Source: Eledone cirrhosa
Taxonomy: Eukaryota
NCBI GenBank assembly: GCA_964016885.1
Contig: OZ024742.1
Coordinates: 85,498,001-85,562,000, forward strand
DNA length: 64,000 nt
Reading direction: 5' to 3'
Part shown: positions 24,458 to 38,632 of the stretch, piece after piece
How the letters are laid out: each line of letters starts with the position of its first letter
How positions within the stretch are numbered: position 1 is the first letter of the stretch
Translations under genes and position numbers: made by a program
The notes under the pieces: model-generated
Seen by the model: only the letters and a program-made list of their open reading frames with translations
Databases searched by the model: none
What the model was told of the DNA's origin: nothing

Positions 24458-27400
24458 AGAAAACACAGGTAAGGATTAAGAATAGGATTTTATCCAGGTA
24501 TTTACGACCGTTTCATCGGTAAGTGCAACCTTACATTGCTATACTGCAAATATCAGCCACTCAATGATAAGTGTTGTTCTTTCCAAATTTTCAAAATAGT
24601 AAGTTACTCTTAAAAAAAATTCTTAATATATAGAGAAAAACATTTTTTGGGAATTGTATTTACTAGTATAGAGAGAGAGGAAGAGGAATTAGAAAGGGTG
24701 GGGGGGGGGGGGGGGGGGGCAAACAGAATAGTATAGAGAGAGAGGAAGGGGAGAAGAGTCAGGAAGTAGAGTGACAAACTGAGATGGAGGGAGGTTTAGA
24801 GGTGGAATGATTCCTTGATCAGTTTTGATACGTAGACTTCATGTCGTCAATTTAGAGTGTAGTGAGTTAAAGAGAATTAAATTGTTTATAGTGGGAGGGA
24901 TGGATAGAGAGAGAGGAAGAGATATAGAGAGATAATTATATATATAAAAAAAATAAAATAAAAAATAAAAATAAAGAAGAGGGGGGAGAAAGAAGAAGAG
25001 AAAAGATAGCCAAAAATGGATAGAAAAGAAAGGAACTAAACGAAAAGAAATAGAAAAGGAATGAAGGAGAAGGGAGGGATATAGTTATTGGTTTTTGTGG
25101 GTTATTAAAGGGGTTAGATACAATAAGAGGGTAGAAAGTCTAAGTATATGCAGTTTGTCAGGTGCTAGTAGTAAGAGGTTAAGGGTTCGATTTGCACTTG
25201 TAGTGCGAACACTTTTCTTTGAGTCTATGGTTACAATAAATTGATCCTTCGATTTTATTGTTGAGTAACTTATTCTTCGAACTGAAAATCTGGAACAGTT
25301 GAAGGTCACATAATCGACAGCTTCTCATACCACTCCGATATGGGGGCGCGTTAGATAATTGTTTCCACTTCAGGGTATATTAATGTTTACTTTCCCTCAG
25401 TTGCAAGGTCTTGTTTGCAATGGTAGTTACATAACGATGTTGGGAATGTTTCATTGCGTAACGGTGTGTATACCAACGGGCTTTAAATGTATTCGTAGTC
25501 GCTCCGATGTAATACCATTTCTGGTTGTCTGATTCTACGGTGCATTGACAAACCCGGTTCGACTGCATACATTAATTATATAATGGACAGGTTTCAGGTA
25601 GGTGGCAGTTACAATTCTTGTCATGGGCAACTTTGGCATTATCGGTGGGCTGCGATGCCTGTACAAGTGTGTTACGTTTTGTTTGCCTATTAGTGGGTGG
25701 TTGTTTATTAGATATTATGTTGTGTTCAATGATGATTGTATTGTTATTGTTATAAATTTGTGTTCTGGTGTTGTTATGTATCTTTTTAGCAGTAAGCATC
25801 TTAATGTGTGCCTCTATGTTTTGTGCCGTGGAGTAAGATAGTCTAATAGATTTAGTGTTAAGGATTTTGCTGTATATATGTGATATGAAAGTGCTTATTT
25901 ATTATTCTAAAGAAGGTAGAGCGTAGGTTAGTACTAAAAGGTGTTAAATATGGGGTTGTACCAAATACATTTTCTACTGCGTGACTTGTTTGATTTCGGT
26001 GTTGTATTTCTATTTACAGTATAATTTGTAGTTTATTCGTAAATGCGTGTGTGCATGTGTTTCTGAAGTTTGTGTTATGCGTGTTCGTGTGCGCTTTGCG
26101 GAGGCTCTCATCTATATATTCTACTCTAGCTGAGTGGCCTGCCTTGTCTAGTGCGGTATTGTAGTATTCTGCATGTTCCTCGAAGATTTGTCGGTTAGGC
26201 GAGAGGCGGGAGATCCTAAGGGATATGCTGCGTGGAATGGATTTAATTATGGATAGTGGGTGGTTTGAGTTACGGTTGATGTATGCTAACTTTTCATTAA
26301 TCTTGTGAAAAGGTCTTATAAGTCCCGTATTTAGGTTAAGCGTCGCGTCTAGAAAGTCTACTATTTTAGTGATATACTCATACGTTATGCTAAGGCCTAG
26401 TTTTCCGAGAGTCTTTCTAATATTCTTACGGAGTCTTTCTATGCTCTGGTTATTTAGGTTGTTAACTAAGAGAAGGGCGTCGTCTCTGTAGATTCCACTG
26501 TGAAGATCGCTAAACTCACTCTGTAAACTATGTAAATACCTACTAAATCTGTGACTTAAGCCGAGTCGTTAGCCGCCATCGTGATGTCAAAGTTATTTAC
26601 TCTATCCTTACGTTCCCAATAGGCGTTTTCAAATGTAATTAATATTTTCCTAGCAGCTAATATAATGTTTATCTCGTCGCCTGTTAGGTCAGAATTGGCT
26701 TTGGCGAATGCTAAGGCTTTATCCAAGGTGTTGGGGGATATATAGGAGTCATACTCGTTAATGTCAAATTGTATAAACTTAGATACTTTTTTGTTAGCTA
26801 TATAGTTAAACCAATTAATTGTTTTGGTAGCGTTACCCCATAGTTTAATCACTAGTTTATTCTTCATTTGTGCTATCACTCTGTCTAATATATGTTTACT
26901 AATTTTCCCAATGTCTGATTTGGACGGGCATATAAGACTAATTGTGGGGTTATAATCAACATTTACCTTGTGGTCCTTGAGATTAAATGTGGGGGTACAT
27001 GGCCTAAGTGGCTCCGTTCTATCGTCTATTCCTAGGTGTTTGACTATATTGTATGCCTCGTTGTTGATGTTTATCAGTGCCGCCTCGTTAGTTTTTTTGA
27101 TTTCCTATGTAATTCTTTCCGTATGAAGCTATTGTACGTGTTAATATCCATCGTATACACATTTGAGGTTTTGTCCTCTTTGACAATAATGTCATTGGTA
27201 ATTCGCAGCTGTTTTAGGAATGTATTCATGTCATTCTGGAGTTTATTATTCCTCCGCTTTTTGAATTTGATATTCATAATCATCCTCAGTAAGTCCTGTT
27301 CAAAGGCATCCAGTTGAGGGTTGGTAGGTGGGTTCCTACAGGATTTGAAGCCGAATGTTTCCGTGTTGTATTCCACGGTGCGACCGTTACGTCCTTTGTC

Positions 27401-27492
27401 GAAATGGAAAGTTGTTCGCTGTATCATCACGAGGGTATAGCGGCCACTCAATGATAATTATTTTTTATAAATATATTTATCTCTCTATATCT

Positions 27493-27528
<36 letters not shown>

Positions 27529-28089
27529 CCTCCCACTATAAACAATTTAATTCTCTTTAAAATCACTACTCTCTAAATCGACGACATGAAGTCTACGTAT
27601 CAAAACTGATCAAGGAATCCATCCACCTCTACACCTCCCTCCATCTCAGTTTGTCACTCTGCTTCCTAACTATTCTCCCCCTTCCTCTCTCTCTATACTA
27701 TTCTGTTTGTCCCGCAACTTTCTATTTCCTCTTCCTCTCTCTCTATACTAGTAAATACAATTCCAAAATAATGTTTTTCTCTATATATTAAGAACTGTTT
27801 TTAAGAGTAACTTACTCACTATTTTGAACATTTGGACGTGAACAACAATTATCATTGACTGGCTGCTATTTTCAGTATAGCAATATAAGGTTACACTTAC
27901 CAATGTAACGGCCGTAAATACCTGGATAAAATCCTTTTCTTAATGCTTACCTGTGTTTTCTCTTTTATACTCCAAGGTTGAACGGAATTCTTACAAACTT
28001 GTGGAGTTACCCCTAACCGTATGTTGAAACCGTCCATGAAACTGGCTTTCTTAACCACGAACTGGATCACATTAAGCAGTTTCCTGCTT

Positions 28090-28092
<3 letters not shown>
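24455..28092 (-). mobile_element. Penelope-like element C with ~500 bp inverted pLTRs, between (TA)n tracts
   Basis: Decayed RT-GIY-YIG at 25300-27360 (FIQFDI, FDITMA, GIYRDD, CNCHLPETCPL, YYIGAT); 24455-24950 is the reverse complement of ~27463-27967. Confidence 0.93.
24499..24598 (-). ncRNA. Hammerhead motif with a 73-nt branched stem II and U3:A8 core
   Basis: TATT TTGAAAA [t TTGGaAAG...CTTaCCGA t] GAAA CGGTCG TA AATA; the sister arm (~27820-27920) has palindromic CGGCCG. Confidence 0.55.
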
Positions 28093-28137
<45 letters not shown>

Positions 28138-28181
28138 AAGTTAAATAAAAGTCAAATGATTAAAATTTAGCTTCGTTTATT

Positions 28182-28236
28182 ACTGCTATATATATTTCAG
28201 TGACAGCCATCTTTGGCTGTGACCTCTTCAGGCAGT
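28182..28236 (-). ncRNA. Minimal type I hammerhead ribozyme motif
   Basis: ACTGC CTGAAGA GGTCACAGCCA-aaga-TGGCTGTCACT GAAA TATATA TA GCAGT; 5-bp stem I, 11-bp stem II with 1 mismatch. Confidence 0.8.
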
Positions 28237-28347
28237 TTGAATTAGTATGGTATAGACAAGTACATATGTTGTTTAGGTGTATGATATTGTCAATACTCTG
28301 ATATGCCCAGTTCCTTGTTGGGTTGTTAATTCACTGGGGAACTGGAG

Positions 28348-28386
<39 letters not shown>

Positions 28387-28904
28387 TTAGTTAAGCAAAA
28401 CAAGGCCACACATTTCATAAATAAGTCATTATTAAAAGTGTGTCACCATATTACATAACTCTATCACAACCTCTACCGATTAACGATAGAACGGAGGTAA
28501 CTATTAGCTGTCAACATCGAAGGGCTAATTCCTTCGCCAATAGAATATTTGACCCAACATAGTCATCTAGCCCCATTTTCACTTGTAGCTAATAAGTTAA
28601 ATAGCTATAACTAACTTAGATAATTATAAGTTACCTCCCCTACATTTTCTCTCAATTAAAAACAAAATTAAATTAGCACTTAACTATAAACTACCCACAA
28701 TTTCTAATCTCTTGAGGAGTTACTTCCCTTGAAACCACCCTCTAATTAGTAAGGTAAATATGTGTTTTGGCGGCCATCTTATTACCCATAGGCAGATCTC
28801 ACACAATGCAGCCTCGACAGATGAATAATTCTTAATTATGGCTGACAACTGATACAACCAGGACACCATAGTGAAACACCAATATATATTAGTTTTGCGA
28901 TTTA

Positions 28905-29644
28905 TGATATGAAATCGTGTGTGGAAACAAATATTGTTATACTTGGGGAGGTTCATATTTGTGTAATAATATTGCCAGAATTAATAACAGAACACACTCA
29001 TGTGTTTGTTGTTATTGTGCGTGTGTATTCATTTATTTATTTATTCATACTTCTCTTAGGTCAGTATTGTTTGTTTGGGTGTTGGTGTTATTCCATTCAT
29101 TTCTTAAGAAAAAATGAATGGAATAACAACAACACCCAATCAAACAACACTGACCTAAGATAAGTATAAATAAATAAATAAATACATATACAAGCACAAA
29201 AACAACAAACACATATAAACACACACTAGTAAACTGAGATAGAATACAATACCCAATACACAGTCACCCAAACACGAACACACATCAAACACTATACACA
29301 CACGTAAACGCATGCGCAGAGAAGACAAACAAAAATAAAATAAAATAAATAAATAAACAGACTAAATAAAGATGTCGTAGGCATACAATACAACGGGAGA
29401 AACATAATAGCACCACTGACGATGTTGCAGATGTGCAACGAAAGAACTTTGTTAGACTATATATATGTGTTTGTGTCTATATTATATCTGTATTTTTTAC
29501 CGTTGGTCAGTCAATGGTAACATTGAGGATCGAATAAATTAAATTAACCGATATAAAAGACACATAAGCGAAAACCAACCAAAAAGTGAGTGTGTTCTGT
29601 TATTAATTCTGGCAATATTACTGAACATATATGACCCTCCCCAA

Positions 29645-29649
<5 letters not shown>
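28905..29649. mobile_element. Nested fold-back pLTR remnant
   Basis: Outer inverted repeat 28938-29000 / 29587-29649; inner ~215 bp hairpin 29001-29214 centred on ttcttaagaa. Confidence 0.85.
29412..29453 (+). ncRNA. Minimal type I hammerhead motif
   Basis: acca CTGACGA t GTTGCA-gatg-TGCAAC GAAA gaac TT tgtt; stem II covaries with the 11281 copy. Confidence 0.68.
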
Positions 29650-29679
<30 letters not shown>

Positions 29680-29711
29680 GAGAGTATAGAGAGAGAGAGC
29701 AAGAGGAAGAG

Positions 29712-29784
<73 letters not shown>

Positions 29785-30637
29785 TACATGAATACATATA
29801 CATGAATGTGCGTGTCGTTGTGTGCGTTGGAGAGACCATAAATGTGTAATGTTTCAGTTTTATCTACTGATCTATTATCTTCGCTCATTTAATGAGAAAA
29901 TTGCGTGTTTTCATGTTATTCCCTTGTTAACAAGTTACGTATTCTGAGATTCAGTATTTCTTTATTCAAATTTGTTCATTACCACTGTCACTATTAATCA
30001 TACTCTTGTTATTAATAACATATTAAGAGAAGTCTTATTTATTTCAACACATGATGTACATATATATATTCATTAAATTTTCCTTCTGTATATAAGTCAC
30101 GTGAATGTGAATATTGTACCAGGAATTGAATTTAAATGGTATTTACATTATATTTCCTTGTGTTTACAAGTCTTACGCTCATTCTAAAGATTTCTACTTA
30201 CTATTGTTTTTTAAGAATTTTATTGTAATAAATATTGATATAAAATAAACAGTAGCAACAAATATCTCAGGAAACTGTTTCAGAATACCAATCATTCAAT
30301 GACATACATCGAAACTGATGTAAAAATTACTATTATGAAAGAGAGTTTTCAGATTGTGTTTTTAATTTCTGACAAACTTAAATTCTCTATGATATATAAA
30401 TATTTAACACATTTTTCTGGGCGTGATTTCATTGTTACTAAATATATAATTCAACTCAATGAAGGACATTTACGCATACATACCAACATACTTACATACA
30501 TACGCATCCTCTGACATCTGTGCATAAATATATGCGTGCGGGTGGAGGTGTGTGGTATGTGTATGCATCATGAAATGTCGAGTAAAACGTGAAAAACACA
30601 CATTTCTCTTTCACATTCTCTCTCTCTCTCACTCACA

Positions 30638-30776
<139 letters not shown>

Positions 30777-30867
30777 ATATATATATATATATATGTATAT
30801 ATATACACATATATAATATATATATATATATGTGGGTGTTGTGTGTGCGTGCGTGTATATATATTTA

Positions 30868-31060
30868 TCAGGTCACTCTTGAGTGCTACTGGTAACATGT
30901 AAACCAGTACAACCATTCGCATGGTCGGGTCGTCAGCGACGAAACTGGCAACCCCACCAAGTTTACTTGGTGAAGAGGGTTATTTTGGACACACTGCAGG
31001 ACAAAAAACAAAGGCTGACGAGGGGCGGAACAACTATAACACTCAACGGCCATCCAAAAA
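30868..31060 (+). repeat. Interspersed repeat, second copy at 46964-47150 (possibly LINE 5' UTR-derived)
   Basis: tcaggtcac..gtgctact.gtaacatgta..cagtacaacc..aaactggcaaccccaccaag..ggccatccaaaa occurs in both copies. Confidence 0.8.
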
Positions 31061-31149
31061 TGTGTAAATATGTATATACACATGTTCATATGTATGTGTA
31101 TGTATATGCGTGTGTATATGTCTGGGGTGTCAGGGAGGGGTATGTACTT

Positions 31150-31813
31150 CTATAGAGAGGACTAGCCATGCCCTTTTCAGGACAGCTCGCCCTGCATTGG
31201 GTCCCACCTGACAGTCAACTCTCACCTGTGGCCCCAAGAAGCTGTAGCATGCGACAGCTACCACGCTTCGGTAAACCGCCTTGGCCGGCGGGCCGAACCA
31301 GGTTGAGGTTAGCCGGACGGATCTGAAACACTCCGGTGAGTTAGATAGGGGATGCCTTCCCCTGCATGCGAAGACTGGACCCGGCGGAGTGAGTGGAGGA
31401 GGACACCATCGACCCAACGGTCACAAATTCGGCGACAGCAAGCGGTGTGGAGTGCTAGGGCACAGCAAGGCACTACAGACGTCGTGGCCATCCACTGTAG
31501 CCAAGGAAGTCCCTGGTCGTGTCGGTCCTCCGTACCAACTGAGTAAGTTGGACTGTCACTGTGCACTGGCCTTCCCAATATAAACTTTTCCCGCACAGGT
31601 TTCTTCTTTAGAGTGCACTCCTAAAGCCCTGCGGCGATGGGCGAGAGGTGAAGGTAACCTCTGGGAGTCGCCAGTCTGACTCCGGTCTCTTCCCCTGCCC
31701 CCACTGTCGCCAGACCTGCAAGACAAGGATGGGCCTCCACAGCCCCCTTCCCGCCCACGGCAGACGGGAACAACAATAAAGAAGATGTCATCACCGTTTA
31801 CGATCGACAACCA

Positions 31814-31815
<2 letters not shown>
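31150..31815 (-). mobile_element. GC-rich insert in (TA)n, probable RTE LINE 5' UTR
   Basis: Starts ttggttgtcgatcgtaaacggtgatgacatc, recalling RTE 5' ends (from memory); no coherent ORF. Confidence 0.5.
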
Positions 31816-31898
<83 letters not shown>

Positions 31899-32037
31899 TA
31901 TATGTAGAAGTTATATTTAATTTGTTGGGTTACAACAAGCAAATATTTTTATAACTGATACAAAGCACTCAACAAATTTTTAGAGTAAAAATACAATATA
32001 TTAACAAATAGAACCTATATTTATAAAACCATATTTC

Positions 32038-32098
32038 TTTCATTATACATATTTCAAGGACACCAAAGCAAATTATGGTTCGCTTTCATCAGATAAAA
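32038..32098 (-). ncRNA. Hammerhead motif (inverted twin of 32221-32281)
   Basis: Reverse complement of the motif at 32221-32281. Confidence 0.65.
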
Positions 32099-32220
32099 TA
32101 TAATATAGATCAGTTTTATAAACAAATATTGACATACCCGTAAAGAATGCAACCATGTCGAAAGTACCAGTAATGTACTGGGTAATTGCTAGCCTTGTGC
32201 CTAAAGTAGAAACAATTATA

Positions 32221-32281
32221 TTTTATCTGATGAAAGCGAACCATAATTTGCTTTGGTGTCCTTGAAATATGTATAATGAAA
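32221..32281 (+). ncRNA. Type I hammerhead motif
   Basis: TTTTAT CTGATGA [30 nt, AAG..CTT] GAAA TATGTA TA ATGAAA; the copy near 7570 has palindromic TACGTA. Confidence 0.65.
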
Positions 32282-32365
32282 TAAATATGGTTTTATAAAT
32301 ATAGTTTCCATTTGTTAATATATTGTATACATTTATATATATATATATTTTAATATATATATATA

Positions 32366-32408
<43 letters not shown>

Positions 32409-32410
<2 letters not shown>

Positions 32411-35271
32411 AAACCTCTGGTAATGAAGTAATTATATTGCATTGTTTATTATACATTAAATTTAGCTCTGGTACTTACATAGAGCACTCTTTACTCCTAT
32501 GACTTTTTCAATTCTCAACGGAAACTTCAATACTTATACAGCTCCCAATGAATGATCGTAGCATATTCTACATCTTTATAAGATTGGCACCTTCCAGCTT
32601 TTTTCAAGTCGAGCACACTTCAGTTAATAGGATTTTAAACCAATACTGAACATGAATAAATATCCTTTGGATTACTCTATCAAGAATATCCCAACACCTT
32701 CTAAAATTCCTACACGAAAATGCTGATAGACAAAGTAGAGAAAGTTGTTAAAGGAATCAGATGAAAAGCTTTGATTCTCGTTGGACACTTTAACACGGAC
32801 TGTATGGAACATTTTGATATCAAAACTCATAAATACCCGCAAAGCGTAAAAGATATGACCGCTTTTGAATTAGACTTAGTTAATTTAATCAACAATATCA
32901 AATTTCGTAAGTACTCGAACTCTTTTCAATCTAATCTATCTAATGATATTTCAATATTCAAATCTTCTAAAAATAAGTTCATTTTCTCCGACAAAACTAA
33001 ACACTTATACGAAGTTAATAATAATTTACATGACCAACTCTTAATAGATAACATCACCTCTAAATACCAAATAGCTAATATAAACACGCATAATAATATA
33101 TATAAGGAAGCTAAAAATTAGCTAGTTCTTTAAAATTGGACAGAAAAACTTGCTAAAGTTAATGCCTATAACACCATCAAAGATCACAAACCTGACTTTA
33201 TTAATCGTCCTAGTTGTAGATTAATAAACCCTGCTAAGACCGATATCGGTCTTGCTAGCAAACATTTTTTAAATAATATAAACACACAGATTAGAAGTAA
33301 GTCTGAATTACTCCAATGGATAAACAGCTCTTCCGTAGTACATTGGTTTAATAATATTAAAGATAATAGTTCTAGATTCACCCAATTTGACATTGTAGAT
33401 TTCTACCCGTAAATTACTCAGCCTCTTTTAGCGAAAGCCTTAAATTTCGCTAGAAAGTTTACCAATATTCCTGATATTGAAGAGAATGTCATCTTGCATG
33501 CTAGAAACACTCTACTCTTTACTAATAATGACACTTGGGTAAAAATATCTAACCCATAGAACCCATTCGATGTCTCAATGGGTTCTTTTGACAGTGCTGA
33601 TGTTTGTGATTTAGTCGGCCTATTCTTCCTACACACACTTAAAGCAAAATTCCCTAACCATATTTTTGGGGTTTATCGCGACGATGGTCTAATACTTTCC
33701 CATACCACCATAGGCCATAACTTAGATAGATTAAGGAAATACTTAATAAAAACCTTCGCTAGTTTAAATCTTAAAATTGCTATTGACACTAACCTTTCCA
33801 ATGTTAATTTTCTAGATATAAACCTAGATCTGCCTACTGCTTCTTATAAACTGTACCATAAACCTAGTGAAAATTTAAAATATATAAATAAAGGCTCTCG
33901 TCATTCTCCTATAGTTTTAAAAACCTTATCCCTAATATTAGCCGTAGGATCTCCACCCTCTCTTCCTCAGAAGCTATTTTCAATAAGGCATGCCGCTACT
34001 ATAATAAAGCCCTTCAAAATAGCGGATTTAGCGAACCGATTAAGTACATACCCAACAATACTAACTCCTTTAAACATAATAATAGGAAAAGAAAAATAAT
34101 TTGATTCACACTCCCCTACTCTCTAGCAGTTAAAACTAATCTAGGCAAAACATTCCTAGAGCTCTTAGATAAACATTTCCCTAGAACACATAGATACTAT
34201 AAGGTCTTCAATAGAAACTGTCAAAATTAGCTACTCCTGCGGTCCCCCTACTAAATCTTATATCATCAATAACAAAACACCCAGAAAACATCAAAATTGG
34301 TCCTCTAGAGTCAAAAGTGAATGCCCATTACAAGGTAAATGCAAGACCAAAGCCATCGTATATGCGGCTAAATTGACAACCATCAGCAACAACCTACCAG
34401 CCACCAGCGTTATTACTCACATGTCGCATCTTTCCGACATCCAGAAAAAAGATTTACAACAGCTCTGGCTAGCAGAATATGGGATTTGAAAGACCAAGGT
34501 ATCCAATATAAATTGCATTGGTCAATTTTGAACCAATCTAAAGCATATGCAAGAGGAACAAGAAGATGCACACTCTGCATAAGGGAACATTATTGGATTT
34601 TACAGAACCTTAAATCACCAAAAACCTGCCTAAATACAAAAACAGAAATTTTCACCAGTTGCCCACACATGAAATCACACTTGCTTTCCAGCTCATATAA
34701 ACTTAACTCACTTTCAGATACTTATGCCCCATAAACTCTTGTTCTTCACTTTCCTTAAATTATCCTCTTTACAGACTACTCTTTCTGATTTACTTTCATT
34801 TTTAACTTTATTTTCATTTTTATTTTCATTTTCACTTCACATCCACCAGTGACCCTCCCCCCTTCCTTTTTGATTCACTTACCTAATATCTTCACATTCC
34901 ACATTTTACTTCACCATTTTCTTTGACTACTTGATACAACTGTCACTTGCGTTTTCAACCCCAGATATATTCTGTTGTTTCGCAGCCGCTTTTATATTTG
35001 TATTTCTTTTTTTCATATGGCTGGTTTATAATTTGTGTCTATGCGTGTGAGTGTGCATGCGCCTCCGTATGTGTGCGTGTGTGTGTCTATATGTGTGAGC
35101 ATGTGTGTTTTTATATCTATATTTATACGAGCGTGTGTATGTGGGTGAATGTATGTGTATAAGTATGTGTATATATATATGTATATGTATATGTATGTAT
35201 GTGTGTGTATGCATATATGTATACATATAGTCGCGTACGTACGTGTGCTTAGATATACGTGTGCCGATATA

Positions 35272-35360
<89 letters not shown>

Positions 35361-36102
35361 GCTTCGTGTGTATGTATGTACGTATGCATGCGCTTTTGCC
35401 TGTACGTATTCATATATATATTTTTTTATATGTATATGTGCGTACGTGCGAACCTATATTTGTTTTCTTTGTCTTTAGTGTTAATTTATAATTGATACCC
35501 CTTCCACTTACTTTCTCTTTGATTTAAACAACATTTTTTTCTTTCTCATATATTGTTTCATTTTTACATGTATCAAATATGACACTCTTTTTGACTTATA
35601 CACTCCATTCCCTTTTTATCTTCCGCATATAAATGATCGTGCGCGCGTGTGTGTTTATACGCGTGCTTTCATACTTGTATGTGTATATATTTAATACCTA
35701 AATCTGGATGTACATTATCTTACAATTCCTTTTTCAACTTATATTATATACGTATTTTTGGTCACACATACACTGTTATGCTTGCCCATCTATATGTACT
35801 TACGCACACATTTTCACTATACACATGCATTTGTACATACACACATATGTACATTTTTGCGTGAATATATACACATTTATACACATACCATAACTATATT
35901 TCCTTATTTTTATATATCTCTTGCTTTATTTTTTGTTTTTTTGACCGTTAAACTCTTGCCTCTCTTGAGGAGATTTTTCAAATATGTCACTATGTTTTAA
36001 ATTGCCTTGCCCGATAAACGAATGAGGACGTTTTTCGTATTCGTCTTATTCGGGAAACCTCTGGTAATGAGGTAATTATATTGTATTGTTTATTAAACAT
36101 TA
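32409..36102 (+). mobile_element. Penelope-like element D, near full length, with ~50 bp direct terminal repeat
   Basis: Disrupted ORF from MNKYPLDYSIKNIP (32652) through KDHKPDF..CRLINP, QFDIVDFYP, MGSFDSADVCDLVG and GVYRDDG to CTLCIRE (34734); ggaaacctctggtaatga..catta at 32409-32458 and 36053-36102. Confidence 0.93.
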
Positions 36103-36688
36103 TATATATATATACGTAGATACATCTGTGTATATATAGGTATAAATGTGTGTAAGTGTGTGGGATAAGGGGAAGAATATCCACATAATGTAAATGAGTT
36201 CTACGTATAAAAATAAATCTAATTTGTTATAATACTTAACCACAAAACTTCACTGCGCTAACTTAAGATTTATGGTCTGACATACTTAAATATGTGCAAG
36301 GAATATTTTTACTTAAATTACAAGTCGACATATTTTAAAAATGGACGAATGAGACTTGCTGAAAATTCTGCCAGAACGGACCAGAATTCTAAACGTTGTA
36401 GTACTGGGAATTTTACCTATTACTAAAAAAGGATTTAAAAAAAAACGAGTAATTATGTCTCAGGCTGACATAGATATTTTGTGAAGAAAATGATAAGATG
36501 AGATTGATTGGGTTACAGTTTATATAAGTGGTGTATTGATGGTCAGGTCAAAGAAGGACTTATGTACGTTCATGCCTTCTTACTTTGTTGCCCTAAAATT
36601 AATTTTTCATTTTCATATTCGTCCAAAGAAATTGTAACAACATTGTAGATTCGATTTCTCAGAGCATCCTGTTTTCCATAGTCATCGG

Positions 36689-36852
<164 letters not shown>

Positions 36853-37642
36853 ATCTTGGTTATATATATTGATTATATATATTGGTTATACTGATTTGGA
36901 GGATTTCGCCACTTGGTGCTATTGTGTTAGACATTGCCTGGGCGGATACTAGCCGAAAGCTATCGAAGTTATCAAAGTTGTATATATTTAATTTCTAATC
37001 TGCTGCCATCACGTAAAAATATAAATCGATGCCCTGTCGGGGGACAGCATTGTCAGATCCCAGTTGCTCATCACATTACTGTGTTGGCCGTCACATGCTG
37101 TCATAGCCGGCACTGACTGGAATCGAATTCTGTCGATCAATTGGTTATTGATTAGGCGAAACCCGCTGACGAAGACACATGCGCCAGTTTTGCATTGTTG
37201 CATAATATATGCGGACAGAGGGTGCGGTGGATCATACTGCTGCATTAAGTGTGGCAGAATCTCGAGTTCGGGTACGTCTATAGGTACCCGTTTATATGTG
37301 TTGTATTGAAGCGAATAGCTATCTGTATATTGTGGGATTGTATTTTACATTACATATTGAGTACGCATAGCTGCAACCGGTCCTAGCATGATTACCCATG
37401 CTGGGTTCGTCAACTTCTTATTATATATATATATATGCGACCTCTTCTTTCAGAAAGCAACACCTTACTTCAGCACTGAGCATAACACAAAATCGAATTT
37501 ACTGTAGTAAACTAGCTTTCATCATTAAGTCCAAATCCTAACTGGCTGATGAGGTCATAGCTGTTGTATACTGGTTATAACCGAAACATATATAACAGCG
37601 AATATGAATAAATGGTGTTAATTTTATACATATATCAATAGA

Positions 37643-37896
<254 letters not shown>

Positions 37897-38593
37897 ATCT
37901 CTTTATCTATCTACCTATAACCATTTCTCTATCTAATTATATATAGAAATATGTATAAGTGTATCTGTGTATGTGTGTGTGCGTTTGTGTGTGCGTGTGT
38001 GTATATGTGTGAGTGGATGCGTGTCTGTGGGTGAAGTTGTGTTCGTTTTGTGTTCGTGTTTCAAAGTGTTCGAAATAAAATCTCATAGGGTAATCTCGAT
38101 ATAAAAGAAAACATAAAAAATTAGAATGGAATGAAAACAAATATTTAGTATGATATAACCTTTTCAAAGATTGAAAATTATTATTGTAGTGAATAATTCA
38201 TTTGTATTTATTAGTACGTCTAATTTTCACATAATAATATAATATTTTGACAATAATAAAATATTAATTATCTAACGATAAGCTATGAAAATTAGGAAAT
38301 ATATTGAAACAAGCGTATTAATGATCGTAATTATTGAACATACTGATGCGGAAACAATAGATGTAAGAAAGGTCTCTGGTGAGTGTCAAGTCACTTTCAA
38401 CAAATCTATTAAGCGTAAAACAAATGAAATCCAATAAATTGAAGAGGGGGGGGGGATTAATAGGGGACACTGCTTAGTATATGTTGTCTGTTGATACCCA
38501 CCCACCCCACACGCATACACACACGCACACATATACACACAGACTTACACACATATGCACTCGTGTACATATACTCACCACTTCCATATATGC

Positions 38594-38632
<39 letters not shown>

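Larger units (their letters stand above)
31993..32327. mobile_element. Inverted pLTR pair with a SINE 3' fragment in the spacer
   Basis: 31993-32104 is the reverse complement of 32215-32327; SINE tail at 32161-32220; related fragments at 7570-7645 and 23990-24170. Confidence 0.85.

Noticed and set aside
35960-36072. Hammerhead in element D pLTR
   Set aside because: A long hairpin and GAAA are present, but I could not place CUGANGA and stem I consistently, so it is not called.
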